NCBI RefSeq assembly: GCF_902713615.1
Contig: NC_052172.1
Location: 19,005,327-19,069,326 of the forward strand
Origin: Scyliorhinus canicula
Taxonomy: Eukaryota
Direction: 5' to 3'
Length of the DNA stretch: 64,000 nucleotides
Made by a program: the position numbers and the translations under genes. Below the pieces are notes generated by a model. It had not been told where the DNA came from. It did no database searches and worked only from the letters and a program-made list of their open reading frames with translations. Position 1 is the stretch's first letter, and each line of letters starts with the position of its first letter. Of the stretch, positions 1 through 11,899 are shown one piece after another.

Positions 1-255
1 ATTTTAAATAGTTACGTTTATTAAGCTGTAAGTAATATTACCAAACATTGTTATAGCCAGGAAGGGGGGGGGGGGGGGGGGGGGGGGCTGGGGGGGGGGC
101 TGGGGGAATCTGATCTAAAGAGATTGTCGCACCTTTTGAGAAATTGTGTCTCCGCCCAAAGGCGGAGGATGGAATCCAACCTTCACATCGCACAGCTTCT
201 AATTATTTATTACTGGGACAAAACACCCACCGTATCTTTTGTATCTAGCACTTGG

Positions 256-2103
256 CCGGATGATGGGATACCCGGTGGAATGATGGGATACCCGGTGGAA
301 TGATGGGATACCCGGTGGAATGATGGGGTACCCGGTGGAATGATGGGGTACCCGGTGGAATGATGGGGTACCCGGTGGAATGATGGGATACCCGGTGGAA
401 TGATGGGGTACCCGGTGGAATGATGGGATACCCGGTGGAATAATGGGGTACCCGGTGGAATGATGGGATACCCAGCAGGATGGTTGGATACCCGGTGGAA
501 TGATGGGATACCCGGCAGGATGGTTGGATACCCGGTGGAATGATGGGATACCCGGTGGAATGATGGGATACTCGGTGGAATGATGGGATACTCGGTGGAA
601 TGATGGGGTACCCGGCGGAATGATGGGGTACCCGGTGGAATGATGGGATACCCGGTGGAATGATGGGATACCCGGCAGGATGGTTGGATACCCGGTGGAA
701 TGATGGGATACCCGGTGGAATGATGGGATACCCGGCAGGATGGTTGGATACCCGGCAGGATGGTTGGATTCCCGGCAGGATGGTTGGATACCCGGCAGGA
801 TGGTTGGATTCCCGGCAGGATGGTTGGATACCCGGCAGGATGGTTGGATTCCCGGCAGGATGGTTGGATTCCCGGCAGGATGGTTGGATTCCCGGCAGGA
901 TGGTTGGATTCCCGGCAGGATGGTTGGATACCCGGCAGGATGGATTCCCGGCAGGATGGTTGGATTCCCGGCAGGATGGTTGGATACCCGGCAGGATGGT
1001 TGGATTCCCGGCAGGATGGTCGGATACCCGGCAGGATGGTTGGATACCCGGCAGGATGGTCGGATACCCGGCAGGATGGTTGGATTCCCGGCAGGATGGT
1101 CGGATTCCCGGCAGGATGGTCGGATTCCCGGCAGGATGGTTGGATACCCGGCAGGATGGTCGGATACCCGGCAGGATGGTTGGATTCCCGGCAGGATGGT
1201 TGGATTCCCGGCAGGATGGTTGGATTCCCGGCAGGATGGTTGGATACCCGGCAGGATGGTCGGATACCCGGCAGGATGGTTGGATTCCCGGCAGGATGGT
1301 TGGATTCCCGGCAGGATGGTTGGATACCCGGCAGGATAGTTGGATTCCCGGCAGGATGGTTGGATTCCCGGCAGGATGGTTGGATTCCCGGCAGGATGGT
1401 TGGATTCCCGGCAGGATGGTTGGATACCCGGCAGGATAGTTGGATTCCCGGCAGGATGGTTGGATTCCCGGCAGGATGGTTGGATTCCCGGCAGGATGGT
1501 CGGATTCCCGGCAGGATGGTTGGATTCCCGGCAGGATGGTTGGATTCCCGGCAGGATGGTTGGATTCCCGGCAGGATGGTTGGATACCCGGCAGGATGGT
1601 CGGATACCCGGCAGGATGGTTGGATTCCCGGCAGGATGGTTGGATACCCGGCAGGATGGTTGGATTCCCGGCAGGATGGGGTACCCGGCAGGATGGTTGG
1701 ATCCCCGGCAGGATGGTCGGATTCCCGGCAGGATGGTTGGATTCCCGGCAGGATGGTTGGATTCCCGGCAGGATGGTTGGATACCCGGCAGGATGGTTGG
1801 ATTCCCGGCAGGATGGGATACCCGGCAGGATGGTTGGATCCCCGGCAGGATGGTCGGATTCCCGGCAGGATGGTTGGATTCCCGGCAGGATGGTTGGATT
1901 CCCGGCAGGATGGTCGGATTCCCGGCAGGATGGTTGGATACCCGGCAGGATGGTTGGATTCCCGGCAGGATGGTCGGATTCCCGGCAGGATGGTTGGATC
2001 CCCGGCAGGATGGTCGGATTCCCGGCAGGATGGTTGGATTCCCGGCAGGATGGTTGGATTCCCGGCAGGATGGTTGGATTCCCGGCAGGATGGTTGGATA
2101 CCC
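256..2103 (+). repeat. 20-bp minisatellite (CCCGGTGGAATGATGGGATA grading into CCCGGCAGGATGGTTGGATT)
   Basis: direct tandem periodicity, about 90 units. Confidence 0.98.
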
Positions 2104-2422
2104 TTGGTGGTTGTTCACAGTCTCCTCCGGGGACCTGCCTCTTAATTACTATCCGCAGTGCGGCTGTATTGTGTCAGGATTCCCTCTTAACGAAGAGGGG
2201 AAAATTTGCGGAACCTCCCAAAATGTCGTCACGGGCCCCGTTTTTTTTTTCAAACACACCTCTCTGCCCTTCACAATAATGGTACAAGTTATCTCTGGTC
2301 CTGGGACCAGGCCAGACTTGGCCCTCCTTTTAACTCCCTTTGCACTATCTCTGGCTAGAACTGGAAGCTAACGTTGGACCCAACTGACGGTATTCCAAGA
2401 CGGCGGCTCCTCTACGAGTTGG

Positions 2423-2600
2423 ACCGGGTACCCCATCATTCCACCGGGTACCCCATCATTCCACCGGGTATCCCATCATTCCACCGGGTACCCCATCATT
2501 CCACCGGGTATCATTCCACCGGGTACCCCATCATTCCACCGGGTACCCCATCATTCCACCGGGTACCCCATCATTCCACCGGGTATCCCATCATTCCACC
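2423..2600 (-). repeat. inverted copy of the same 20-bp minisatellite
   Basis: ACCGGGTACCCCATCATTCC units are the reverse complement of the 256-740 unit. Confidence 0.95.
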
Positions 2601-2697
2601 AGTTAGACATTCCCTGTGATTCTACAATCCTCGAAGCGGAGTTGTCATCAAATCCTGGAGCAAACAAAGCCATTCAGCCCATCTGGTCTGAGCGTGA

Positions 2698-2860
2698 CCA
2701 AAAACAGAAAATGCTGCAGAATCTCAAGGGGGTCTGACAGCGTCTGTGGAGAGAGAAGGGAGCTAACGTTTCGAGTCTGGATGACTCTGTGGCCGAGACC
2801 CAGCTGTCAAGCCTGCTCCGATCATCCAGTATTTTCTGTTTTTGTTGCAGATTCCAGCGT
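2698..2860. mobile_element. Penelope-like terminal-repeat remnant with inverted ends
   Basis: AAAAACAGAAAATGCTG ... CAGTATTTTCTGTTTTT; shares sequence with 5520-5700. Confidence 0.6.
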
Positions 2861-3359
2861 GCTCCGGGATTGTCCCTGGAGTCTCCGGCGATTTAGATTT
2901 CCGGGGACCCCTCCCACACCCCCACCCCACCACCTTGAAGGACATCACAAACCTATATCCACCCCACAATTAGGGATTGATATTTCTTTTTCAAATGAAA
3001 GCTATACAAGACGGTAGCTTCCAACTCCGGTTCCACACAGTTTTTCAAAAGCTGGAATTTTTGGTGAACCTGTGGCGAATATTTCATATTCTTTAAACTT
3101 CTTATTCCGAGTTTAATCATGTCGATTTGAGTCAATGTGACCGAGTACTGTATTCGAGGCACTGCAGGGTAACTTGTGATAAGACCCTGAGTTGATCTTC
3201 GGTGGTGAAAATGGCCTGTGTCGTTTTAACAGTCGGACATCTTTATCTGGTTTCAGAGTTTATTCAGAGATGAGATTCAATAAACTGATTTACCACAGAA
3301 CACCACGGGCTGACTTCTTATTGTTCATTTGCCTTCTTCCAGTTTTCAAACATCTCATT

Positions 3360-3650
3360 CAGCACGGTAGCACAGTGGTTAGCACTATGGCTTCACAGCG
3401 CCAGGGTCCCGGGTTCAATTCCGACCTCGGGTCACTGTCTGTGCGGAGCCTGCACGTTCTCCCCCGTGCCTGCGTGGGTTTCCTCCGGGTGCTCCGGTTT
3501 CCTCCCACAGTCCAAAGATCGCCTATGCTTAATTGCCCCTTGGTGTCCAAACAAGGTTAGGTGGGGTTTCGGGGATAGGGTGGATGTGTGGGGATAGGTA
3601 GAGTGCAGACTCGATGGGCCGAATGGCCCCCATCTGCACTGTAAATTTTC
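3360..3650 (+). mobile_element. HE1/V-SINE-like
   Basis: tRNA box A/B head, V-domain TTCTCCCCGTG...GGTTTCCTCC, CR1-type tail. Confidence 0.85.
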
Positions 3651-3779
3651 TAATTCCGCTCCTGAAGATGAGAGATACGCCAAGCATTGAAATAAGTGCT
3701 CAGCAGGTCAGGCAGCACCTGTGGAGAGAGTCCCTCATTATTGACCCTTCGGGGGGAGGGGGGGGGGGGGTGGTATGGA

Positions 3780-4022
3780 GGGGGCAGTGGTTAGCACTGC
3801 TGCCTCACGGCACCGAGGACCCGGGTTCGATTCCGGCCCCGGGTCACTGGTCCGTGTGAAGCTTGCACATTCTCCCCATGTCTGTGTGGGTCTCACCCCC
3901 CACACACAACCCAAAGATGTTGCAGGGTAGAGGTGCACGGGGAGAGAATGCAGGTGGATTGGCCAGGCTAAATTGCCCTTAATTGGAAAAAATAATTGGC
4001 TACTCTAAATTTATATTTTTAA
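3780..4022 (+). mobile_element. HE1/V-SINE-like
   Basis: same consensus. Confidence 0.85.
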
Positions 4023-4375
4023 AAACTCACCCTTCAGCTAAGGGGAGCAGCTACATCCTATCCGCCCCTCATAACCTTCCACATCTCAAATCAGGCCTCA
4101 CTTCGGCCTACTCTGCTCTGTTGTAGACAAGTGCCTTATGCCCAGAAACACGCAAATCTCCTCCCACCTGACTTCATCTCATTGCATCACCCCATCCTCC
4201 TATTCCTTCACCAACTTGGCCCCTACATCCCATCTCTACCGCTCACCTCGGCCTCTCCCTGTGGGAGCGAGTCCCACATTCCCCCCCCCGCAACCTGGTT
4301 CTGGGCTCCACAAGTTCAAAGGTCTTCTTCACATCTACCTCCTCAAACCCTTGCACAATTTTAAAGGCCTCTTGT

Positions 4376-4700
4376 CAGAGAATTTACAATGCAGAAGGAG
4401 GCCATTCGGCCCATCGAGTCTGCACCGGCCCTTGGAAAGAGCACCCTACCTAAGCCCACACCTCCACCCTAACCCCGTAACCCGGCAACCCCACCTAACG
4501 TTTTGGGACACGAAGGGGCAATTTCTCACGGCCAATCCACCTAACCTGCACATCTTTGGATTTGTGGGAGGAAACCGGAGCACCCGGAGGAAACCCACGC
4601 AGACACGGAGGAGAACGTGCAGACTCCGCACAGACAGTGACCTAAGCCGGGAATCGAACCTGGGAACCTGGAGCTGTGAAGCCACAGTGCTAGCCACTGC
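4376..4700 (-). mobile_element. HE1/V-SINE-like
   Basis: reverse complement of consensus. Confidence 0.85.
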
Positions 4701-4824
4701 CTCTTTTCCAGAGAAATGTCGCTGTTGACATTTAATCGCTCCTGCCTTCCACCATATACTAGACTTCCCCAATACTGTTGTTATTGGCATTTACAAATTG
4801 GGGGCCTCTCTTGTTCATGAACCC

Positions 4825-5335
4825 CAGAAAGCCAGCACACAGGAGCGGACGCTAATGGGGAAGGCAAATAGAAAGCTGGCTTTTATTTCAAAGGGGGCTG
4901 AAGTATAAAAGTGAAGAGGTTTCGCTGCAAGTGTACAATGTACCAGTGAGGCCACATTTAGAATACAGGGCACAGTCTCAGTGCCCTTATTTAAGGGAAG
5001 ATATATTATCACTGGAGGCAGTTACAGAGGAGGTTTACTGGGATGGCCCCGCAGATGGAGGGACTGCCAGACGAGGAAAGATTAAACAGCTTGGGTCTGT
5101 CCACCTCGGAGATGAGGAGAATGAGACGGCATATGATTGAAGCAGATCAGATTCTGAGGGGTAAATGTTGGGGGGATGTTTCCGCCCGTGGGAGAGTGTA
5201 GGACGCAGAAGGCGGAGTCGCAGAATAAAGGGGAAGCTCAATAAGACGGATCTGAGGAAGATTTGCGTCTCTCAAAGAGCGGAATATGTGGCGGCTGAAA
5301 CCGTCAACATTTTCCCGGCTAAGATCAAGATGTAG
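4825..5335 (+). mobile_element. decayed CR1-like LINE 3' fragment
   Basis: remnant YNVPVRPHLEY motif and CR1-type 3' region. Confidence 0.7.
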
Positions 5336-5519
5336 CCAGGGTGGCGTGGTGGGAGTGGGGGAGGGGATTGGGATGGGGTGGGGAGGTTGGGGACATGTGT
5401 GGGGGGTGAGTGAGTGTGGGGGGGGCGAGTGAGTGAGAGTGTGGGGGGGGTGAGTGAGTGTGGGAGTGTGAGGGGAGTGGGAGAGTGAGTGAGAGGGTAA
5501 GGGAGGGTGGGAGAGTGAA

Positions 5520-5700
5520 ACGAAAGGGAAAATGCTGGAAAATCTCAGCAAATCTGGCAGCATCTGTAGGGAGAGAAAAGAGCTAACCTTTCGAGTCCGA
5601 TGACTCTTTGTCAAAGCTAACAGCCGGAGAGAGTGGGAAATATTTATACTGTGGAGTAGGAATGAAAGATGAGTCGTAGCCACAGAAACTCGGGGGTGGA
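5520..5700 (-). mobile_element. Penelope-like terminal-repeat fragment with degenerate hammerhead core
   Basis: minus strand TTGACAA-A-GAGTC-ATCG-GACTC-GAAA. Confidence 0.55.
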
Positions 5701-7152
5701 AGGGTGGGTGAGCGAGAGTGTGAGGGAGGTGTGAGTCCTGATTCTGCCCTCCGCGGGATTCTCCGTGCGATTGCGATTCCTGATCTTCACGTTGGGCAGC
5801 AGAGAATCCCGGCCCAGGTCTTGCTGCACTTGGACATGTCACAATCAGTGACTTAAAACGACACCGCGGCAGATTTAATGGAAACAGGCTCTGCTCTCAA
5901 AGCAGCCACACGTCCTGCACTTGGGACTGAAGTCCTGGGGAGTTTATAGTCACATCCTCTCTCGGTGGGGAGCTCACTGTTTGTCGGTTTGTGTGGTTAA
6001 CCTCCCCAATCTTCCAGTTGCCAAAATAAAGACAGAGAAGAGGTTTTTGCTCGAAAAGCAACGGGTGAGTCACGTCTGTGCAAAATGTTAAAACAACCTC
6101 AAAAAACAGGAAATTGTGAAGCACACTTTGAAGGTCTGAACGAGAGAAGCAGAGCTAATGTTAAGCTCTCTTTTTCTCTTTCCCTTTCCTCTTTTTCTCT
6201 TTCTCCCCTCCCTGCCTCCCTCCACACTCTCTAACAAACAATATTAGGTGTGGACCATTGGACGAAGAACCTTCTGAGATCTTCACTGTCCTCCAATCCA
6301 GGTCTCTTGCACATCCGCCATTTTAATCTTCCATCGTTGGTGGATAACTGTTCCTAAGTGCAGTCTCCATGACAGTGCCTTGACTAATCAGAATCCACTT
6401 GTCAACCCTCTTCTCATGCAGTATCAATTGTTGTTCCCTTTGCGATTTGGTTTTCTTGTGAGTCTGATGAGTGAAAGATGAAAAACTTCAACAGCACGTG
6501 TCTTTTGTCCGTATTACAAAAGTAAATGATTAATTTGTGCCCGAAATAGAGGTATTATATTCTAAACATTAATGCTACAAGAAAGCGTGTTTGTTTGAAA
6601 CATTATAATATGTCCTAAAATTATCACAATGTTCTTCTTCGAAGAAACTATTACTTATCTTTGATAGACACAAATCAAAACAGAAATCAACAGGAGTGTA
6701 GCTTCCAACCTTTGCTCAAAAAACAGCCTGCTCAATCTGGGTAGTAGGCTGGTAAATGAATGAGGAAGTGGATTATTCAGTATTATTACTGTTTAGTTAA
6801 TTATGCAAGATATGGGAACAATGTAGTCAGGAAGTCATAGATGTTTTATGAGGCTTTAATGCATTAAATATTAACTTTAATAATTAATGATGTTTGATTG
6901 CAGTAATGCTGAGTCTACATGGTATGATATCCACCACCTTCTCTATAACCCAAACTCCATGGTTTCCAGCGTGTTTGACACAATGACCCGGCCTCAACCA
7001 ACGCTTGAAAAATAACTTATCTCGTGGCTATCTGGGGGATCTCACTGTGTAAATTTGCTGCTGCGTGCTTCATGTAATGATTACACTTCATAAATGTACC
7101 CTGTAGTCCGTGTCTACTTTGGGACTGTCTGTGATCACGAGGGCGCGAAATG

Positions 7153-7362
7153 GGGGCGGCACGGTGGCTCAGTGGTTAGCACTGCTGCCTCACGGCGCCG
7201 AGGACCAGGGTTCGATCTCGGCTCTGGGTCTCTGTCCGTGTGGAGTTTGCACATTCTCCCCGTGTCTGCGTGGGTTTCGCCCCCACAACCCAAAGATGTG
7301 CAGGGTAGGTGGATTGGCCACGCTAAATTGCCCCTTAATTGGGAAAAAAAAGAATTGGGCTC
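7153..7362 (+). mobile_element. HE1/V-SINE-like
   Basis: same consensus. Confidence 0.85.
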
Positions 7363-7476
7363 GCTCAATTCTCCCCTCAATGGTCCCTTCCTGTGGGGCT
7401 GGTTTAGCACAGGGCTAAAGAGCTGGTTTTTAAAGCAGGCAAAGGCAGGCCAGCAGCACGGGTTCAATTCCCGTAC

Positions 7477-8107
7477 TGTCATAATATACACCAGCATATC
7501 ATGGTGCAGACACACACCGATGGACACACACACACAGGGACCAATCAACATGTACAAACACCGCAGCCAATCACCAGTTAGAATACACACACTATAAAGG
7601 CAGAGGGCACCACGGTTCCCGCTCATTCTGGGTGCTGCCTCTCAGTGTAACAGGAACTCATCCAGCCCAGCACAGACTCTCACCACGTGCTGAGAGAATC
7701 AACTGATTCGGACAAGGCTTAGGTCTCTAGTTTAAGTTAGCATCAATTAGACCCACAGTCATCGTGTGTTAGTTAGTTAGAAATAGTTAATAAAAGGGCA
7801 GCACGGTGGAACAGTGGTTAACAGTGTTGCCTACGGCGCTGATGACCCGGGTTCGAATCCCGGCCCTGGGTCACTGTCCGTGAGGAGTTTGCACATTCTA
7901 CCCGTGTCTGCGTGGGTCTCACCCCCACAACCCAAAAAAGATGTGCAGGGTAGGTGGATTGGCCACACTAAATTGCCCCTTAATTGGAAAAAATAATTGG
8001 GTACTCTAAATTTAAAAAAAAAGAAATAGTTAATAAAATTGAGTTGAACCTTCATCAGTGTTGGAAGTGTCTGTTCATCTCTCACATCTACACTAGCCAA
8101 CACTTCA
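7477..8107 (+). mobile_element. solo LTR (about 388 bp without its nested SINE)
   Basis: TG...CA ends, 5-bp TSD CGTAC (7472-7476, 8108-8112), two CCAAT boxes, TATAAA, AATAAA. Confidence 0.85.
7796..8021 (+). mobile_element. HE1/V-SINE-like element nested in the LTR
   Basis: tRNA head, V-domain, A tail; 17-bp TSD AGAAATAGTTAATAAAA. Confidence 0.9.
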
Positions 8108-8576
8108 CGTACCAGCCTCCCCGAACAGGCGCCGGAATGTGGCGACTAGGGGCTTTTCACAGTAACTTCATTTGAAGCCGATTTGTGACAATAAGCGATT
8201 TTCATTTCATTTTCATTTCACCTAAGTCTGGAATTTAGAATTCTCGGCCTTGCATTCCAGTCCCTCCCTCTCACCCTTGACCTTTCTCTAACATTCCCCC
8301 CCCCCCCCTCACCGTTCTGACATACTCATTTGATAACTGCCCTAGTAGTTGGTTGTTCAGTGTCATGTTCTGCCTGATAACTTTCCTGTGACATGTTTCC
8401 TCTGTTTCCTGTTTCCTCTGGGACATTTGAGCACATGAAAGGCGCTATCAGAATGAAAGTTGTTGCTGGGTCCCCCTAATTAATTCACTTTTCCCTCCCT
8501 GTGCAGCAAACCTGTTCAAATTAAATTGCAAGAAGTCTTACAACACCAGGTTAAAGTCCAACAGGTTTGATTCAAA

Positions 8577-8611
8577 CACGAGCTTTCGGAGCGTAGCTCC
8601 TTCCTCAGGTG
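8577..8611 (-). ncRNA. mirror hammerhead ribozyme motif
   Basis: reverse-complement arm of the palindrome; differs only in the helix II loop. Confidence 0.65.
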
Positions 8612-8633
8612 AATGGCGAGGTACCTCGCCATT

Positions 8634-8668
8634 CACCTGAGGAAGGAGCAGCGCTCCGAAAGCTCGTG
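8634..8668 (+). ncRNA. minimal type I hammerhead ribozyme motif
   Basis: CAC-CTGAGGA-A-GGAGC-AGC-GCTCC-GAAA-GC-TC-GTG: CUGANGA and GAAA cores, 5-bp helix II, CAC/GTG helix I. Confidence 0.7.
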
Positions 8669-9247
8669 TTTGAATCAAACCTGTTGGACTTTAACCTGGT
8701 GTTGTAAGACTTCTTACTGTGCTCACCCCAGTCCAACGCCGGCATCTCCACATCAAATTAAATTGTGACACTCTCTTTAGTTTGGATTGATAAAGATCAG
8801 GAAAGCCTATTTGTGTTGGTCTCAATGCTGTTCATCTTGGAGTTGGTAATGGTCGGCAATAAAAATCCCCAGTTGCATGCCTACCTACCCCTTCAGTCCA
8901 TCCACCAAATGTTTATCGGAAATTGAAGTCTCCAGACTCTAATTGCTGTCGAGGCTAAAACCTTCAAATGGACCTAAACTGGGTGTTTTATTATCTAATT
9001 AACCCTGACCCTGGGAGGCAGATGATTAGCGGGCACTATCTTTGCAAACCTCCAAACATGTAGCAGGAACAAATCGCCCTCAGCCTTAAGCTCAATTCAC
9101 AGAGTTGCCAACTCATTGGATTCGCCTCGCGTCCGCAGAAATGAAGGATTAATCTCCCAGACACTGCAAAAACAAAGGCTGTGAGAAAGAAAAATCACAG
9201 GGGCGTTCACAACATGAATTTGGTATTGTCGGGGGAAAAGACACAGG

Positions 9248-9283
9248 CTGTCGAAGCTTTTCATTTTGCACTCATCAGGTCAG
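9248..9283 (-). ncRNA. hammerhead-like motif in an older dispersed repeat
   Basis: CTGAC-CTGATGA-GTGCAAAAT-GAAA-AGCT-TC-GACAG; related decayed copy on + at about 6460-6495. Confidence 0.45.
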
Positions 9284-9604
9284 ATGCAACAATACCAAAT
9301 TTCAAAAGGAGCAACAATTTGTGTCACGTGAGAAAATTGCTGATTGGTTGGCTAGTCAACCCGGAGTGGTTGGGATGTTGCTATGCAGCATGCACCGGGG
9401 AACTAATGTCCCCCTGCACTTTTGTTTAATTTACAAAAGGTGCAACGCCTGGACAAGTTCCTTTTGTCTGAAGAGGACAGGTCCCTGCAGATGAATGTAA
9501 GTAGCTTCCAGCAAGTGTGTCACAATGCCGGCCCGATCGGCCGTCTTAGAATGGTTGTTGTTGTAATCCTTAGCACACTTGGGATTGTTCAGCAAGTCCC
9601 ATCG

Positions 9605-9940
9605 CGGAATAATGGTGGTTAGCATCAATGCTTCACAGCTCCAGGGTCCCAGGTTCGATTCCCGGCTGGGTCACTGTCTGTGTGGAGTCTGCACGTCCTC
9701 CCCGTGTGTGCGTGGGTTTCCTCCGGGTGCTCCGGTTTCCTCCCACAGTCCAAAGATGTGCGGGTTAGGTGGATTGGCCATGCTAAATTGCCCGTAGTGT
9801 AAGGTTAATGGGGGGATTGTTGGGTTACGAGTATACGGGTTACGTGGGTTTAAAGTAGGGTGATCATTGCTCGGCACAACATCGAGGGCCGAAGGGCCTG
9901 TTCTGTGCTGTACTGTTCTATGTTCTATGTTCTATGTTCT
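9605..9940 (+). mobile_element. HE1/V-SINE-like with (TTCTATG)n tail
   Basis: consensus plus CR1-type tandem tail. Confidence 0.85.
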
Positions 9941-9995
9941 AATGCGAGAACAAATTCATTTGACTTTGTGTTAATTTAGTCGAATATTGTAAGAT

Positions 9996-10701
9996 CAGTG
10001 TTTTTCAAATCTTTTTCGGGGGGGCCCATTTTACCGGCCGACCTTCGCGACGCACGGCAGTCGAACTTCGCCACCCACCATTTTCACTGACCTTTAATGC
10101 GACAGGTGAGCCTGCTTGGTCCTCGCGATCTCACTTGCTTTGTCAGTCAATGTTACGTTTCGGTATGGGTTGTTCACCAGAGGTCCTGGAGCTCACACCA
10201 GCACTGCTGTGTCCTGCTGTGGACTCTCCTGTGCAGCTCTCCCCTCAGATTCAGTTGTGAGATTGTGACCTGTTTGTTTCTCTTCCTTAGTCGAAAAAGA
10301 TCCCTCTTCAGTTCTTCACGCAGTCCTGGTGCTTGCTTGCTGGCAGCTACAAAACAGAGGAAGCTCTCCTCAGTAATTCCACGGCCAGAGTACGCAATGT
10401 CAGTGTCCCGGGCGCGCGATCTGCTCACTGCTGGAGCCTCTGGCGGGAAGAGGAATCGATTAAAAAAGAAGTTCTGCTCCTGAAACTGTGCGCTGACGAG
10501 CGGAGGAGGTGGTCTGTTCCGCTGGGCCCCAGGCCTGCGGGCCTAGGGCCCCAGGCCTGCGCGGGACAGCTAACATTCTTGAAAGCCGGCATTTCTAGAA
10601 GCCGGCTGCGGCCATAGGGCACTTCTTCCCACAATCGGGAACGCCGCGACCGATCGCTCCATGACCCTCCCGCCCGCAGACCCTGAGTTTTAAGATGACT
10701 G
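9996..10701. mobile_element. putative non-autonomous hAT-like DNA transposon
   Basis: starts CAGTGTTTTTCAAA, ends in a degenerate inverted TTTAAGATGACTG; TSD not convincing. Confidence 0.45.
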
Positions 10702-11899
10702 CTGTGGACGAGCGAGAAAATAAATGTCGTCAGAGTCCCAGAGCAACCGCTCTCCCCTTCGAGGAAGAGCTGAAGCTGAGGGTCACCACACCTCAGGTGA
10801 GGGGTAAGATTGAGAAGGTTGGGGGAGGAGGAGGGGGGGGGTTGTTGCCATTCGGCCCCTCTAGTCTGTGAGGTTCCATGTGAGCCTCCTCCTGCCTTAC
10901 TCCATATTTACCCCATCAGCAGATTCCCTCCTCCCTCTTGCTTTCCCTCGAATGTATCGAGTCCCACAATCTCACCACCCTCTGGGCAAAGAGCGTTCCC
11001 CGGAATTCCGCCCTGAACGTGGGTGGGGGGGGGGCTCTGGCGGAGAAACGCGACAGGAGTCCAATCTCAGCAAGTCTATTATTTTGTGTGAAACGTGCAG
11101 CTGGTTTGGAATGCCCCCTGCTGCCCAGCAGAGGAATGGCGGGCAGACACTCTCGACCATCCTGAAAATCACCTTGCTCAGGAGGCCCATCGGCCCACAT
11201 TGCCCGTACTGGCCCTTTCGAAAGAAACATCCCATTACTCCTGGAGAGTCTCAGACCGGCGCAGGGTCAGTGTGCAGTCGATCCGAGACATCGGAAGCAG
11301 ACAACACTCGGCCATACCGCTCCCCTCTAACGTTTTACTGCCGTTTTATGACGGGTTGATTTGCATTCATTTCCTAATATGTAGGATTCTCTTTTTTTTA
11401 AAACTATTTTCCACTTTTCTGGAATGATGGTGAGGGTAATAAGGGAGAATATTGTGTTAATGAAAGAAATGTAATTATGGATACAAAGGGACAGAGCAGC
11501 ACTGCCTCTGAAACAACACACTGCCTCCCCCAGATGACCCAGCCACAACAAGGGGGCACTCGGAAAGCCATTATACAAGACCGATTGGAGGGGGGCTCCT
11601 AACTTCCCCATCAAGCCTACCCCCAAACAGAAGGGCTCAAACAACTCAGAGGCATAGCACACACACTCACATTTCAACAAGTTGAGCAAGGATTAACCAA
11701 CCACACCCAGGCATGTACCACCACGCATTTCCTCCCAACCCAATAGCTCCACAAACACCAACCACAAAAAGGAAAGACTCAGGCGGAACCCAGTCCTCTC
11801 CCGGATACATGAGCTGCCTGGGCCGTCGAAGGAGATGACCGTGGATTCTCAAAACTCAAAGCGACAAATAAAGGCTAAATAAAAGCCCAGTACGATTGG

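Larger units (their letters stand above)
7395..8220 (+). mobile_element. short tRNA-derived SINE (TTTCA-tailed family) split by the LTR
   Basis: halves 7395-7476 and 8108-8220 rejoin to match the intact copy at 39860-40054. Confidence 0.85.
8529..8752. mobile_element. Penelope-like inverted terminal-repeat insertion (186-bp palindrome plus tail)
   Basis: arms 8530-8622 and 8623-8715; 13-bp duplication TCAAATTAAATTG at 8516-8528 and 8753-8765; hammerhead motif in each arm. Confidence 0.85.
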
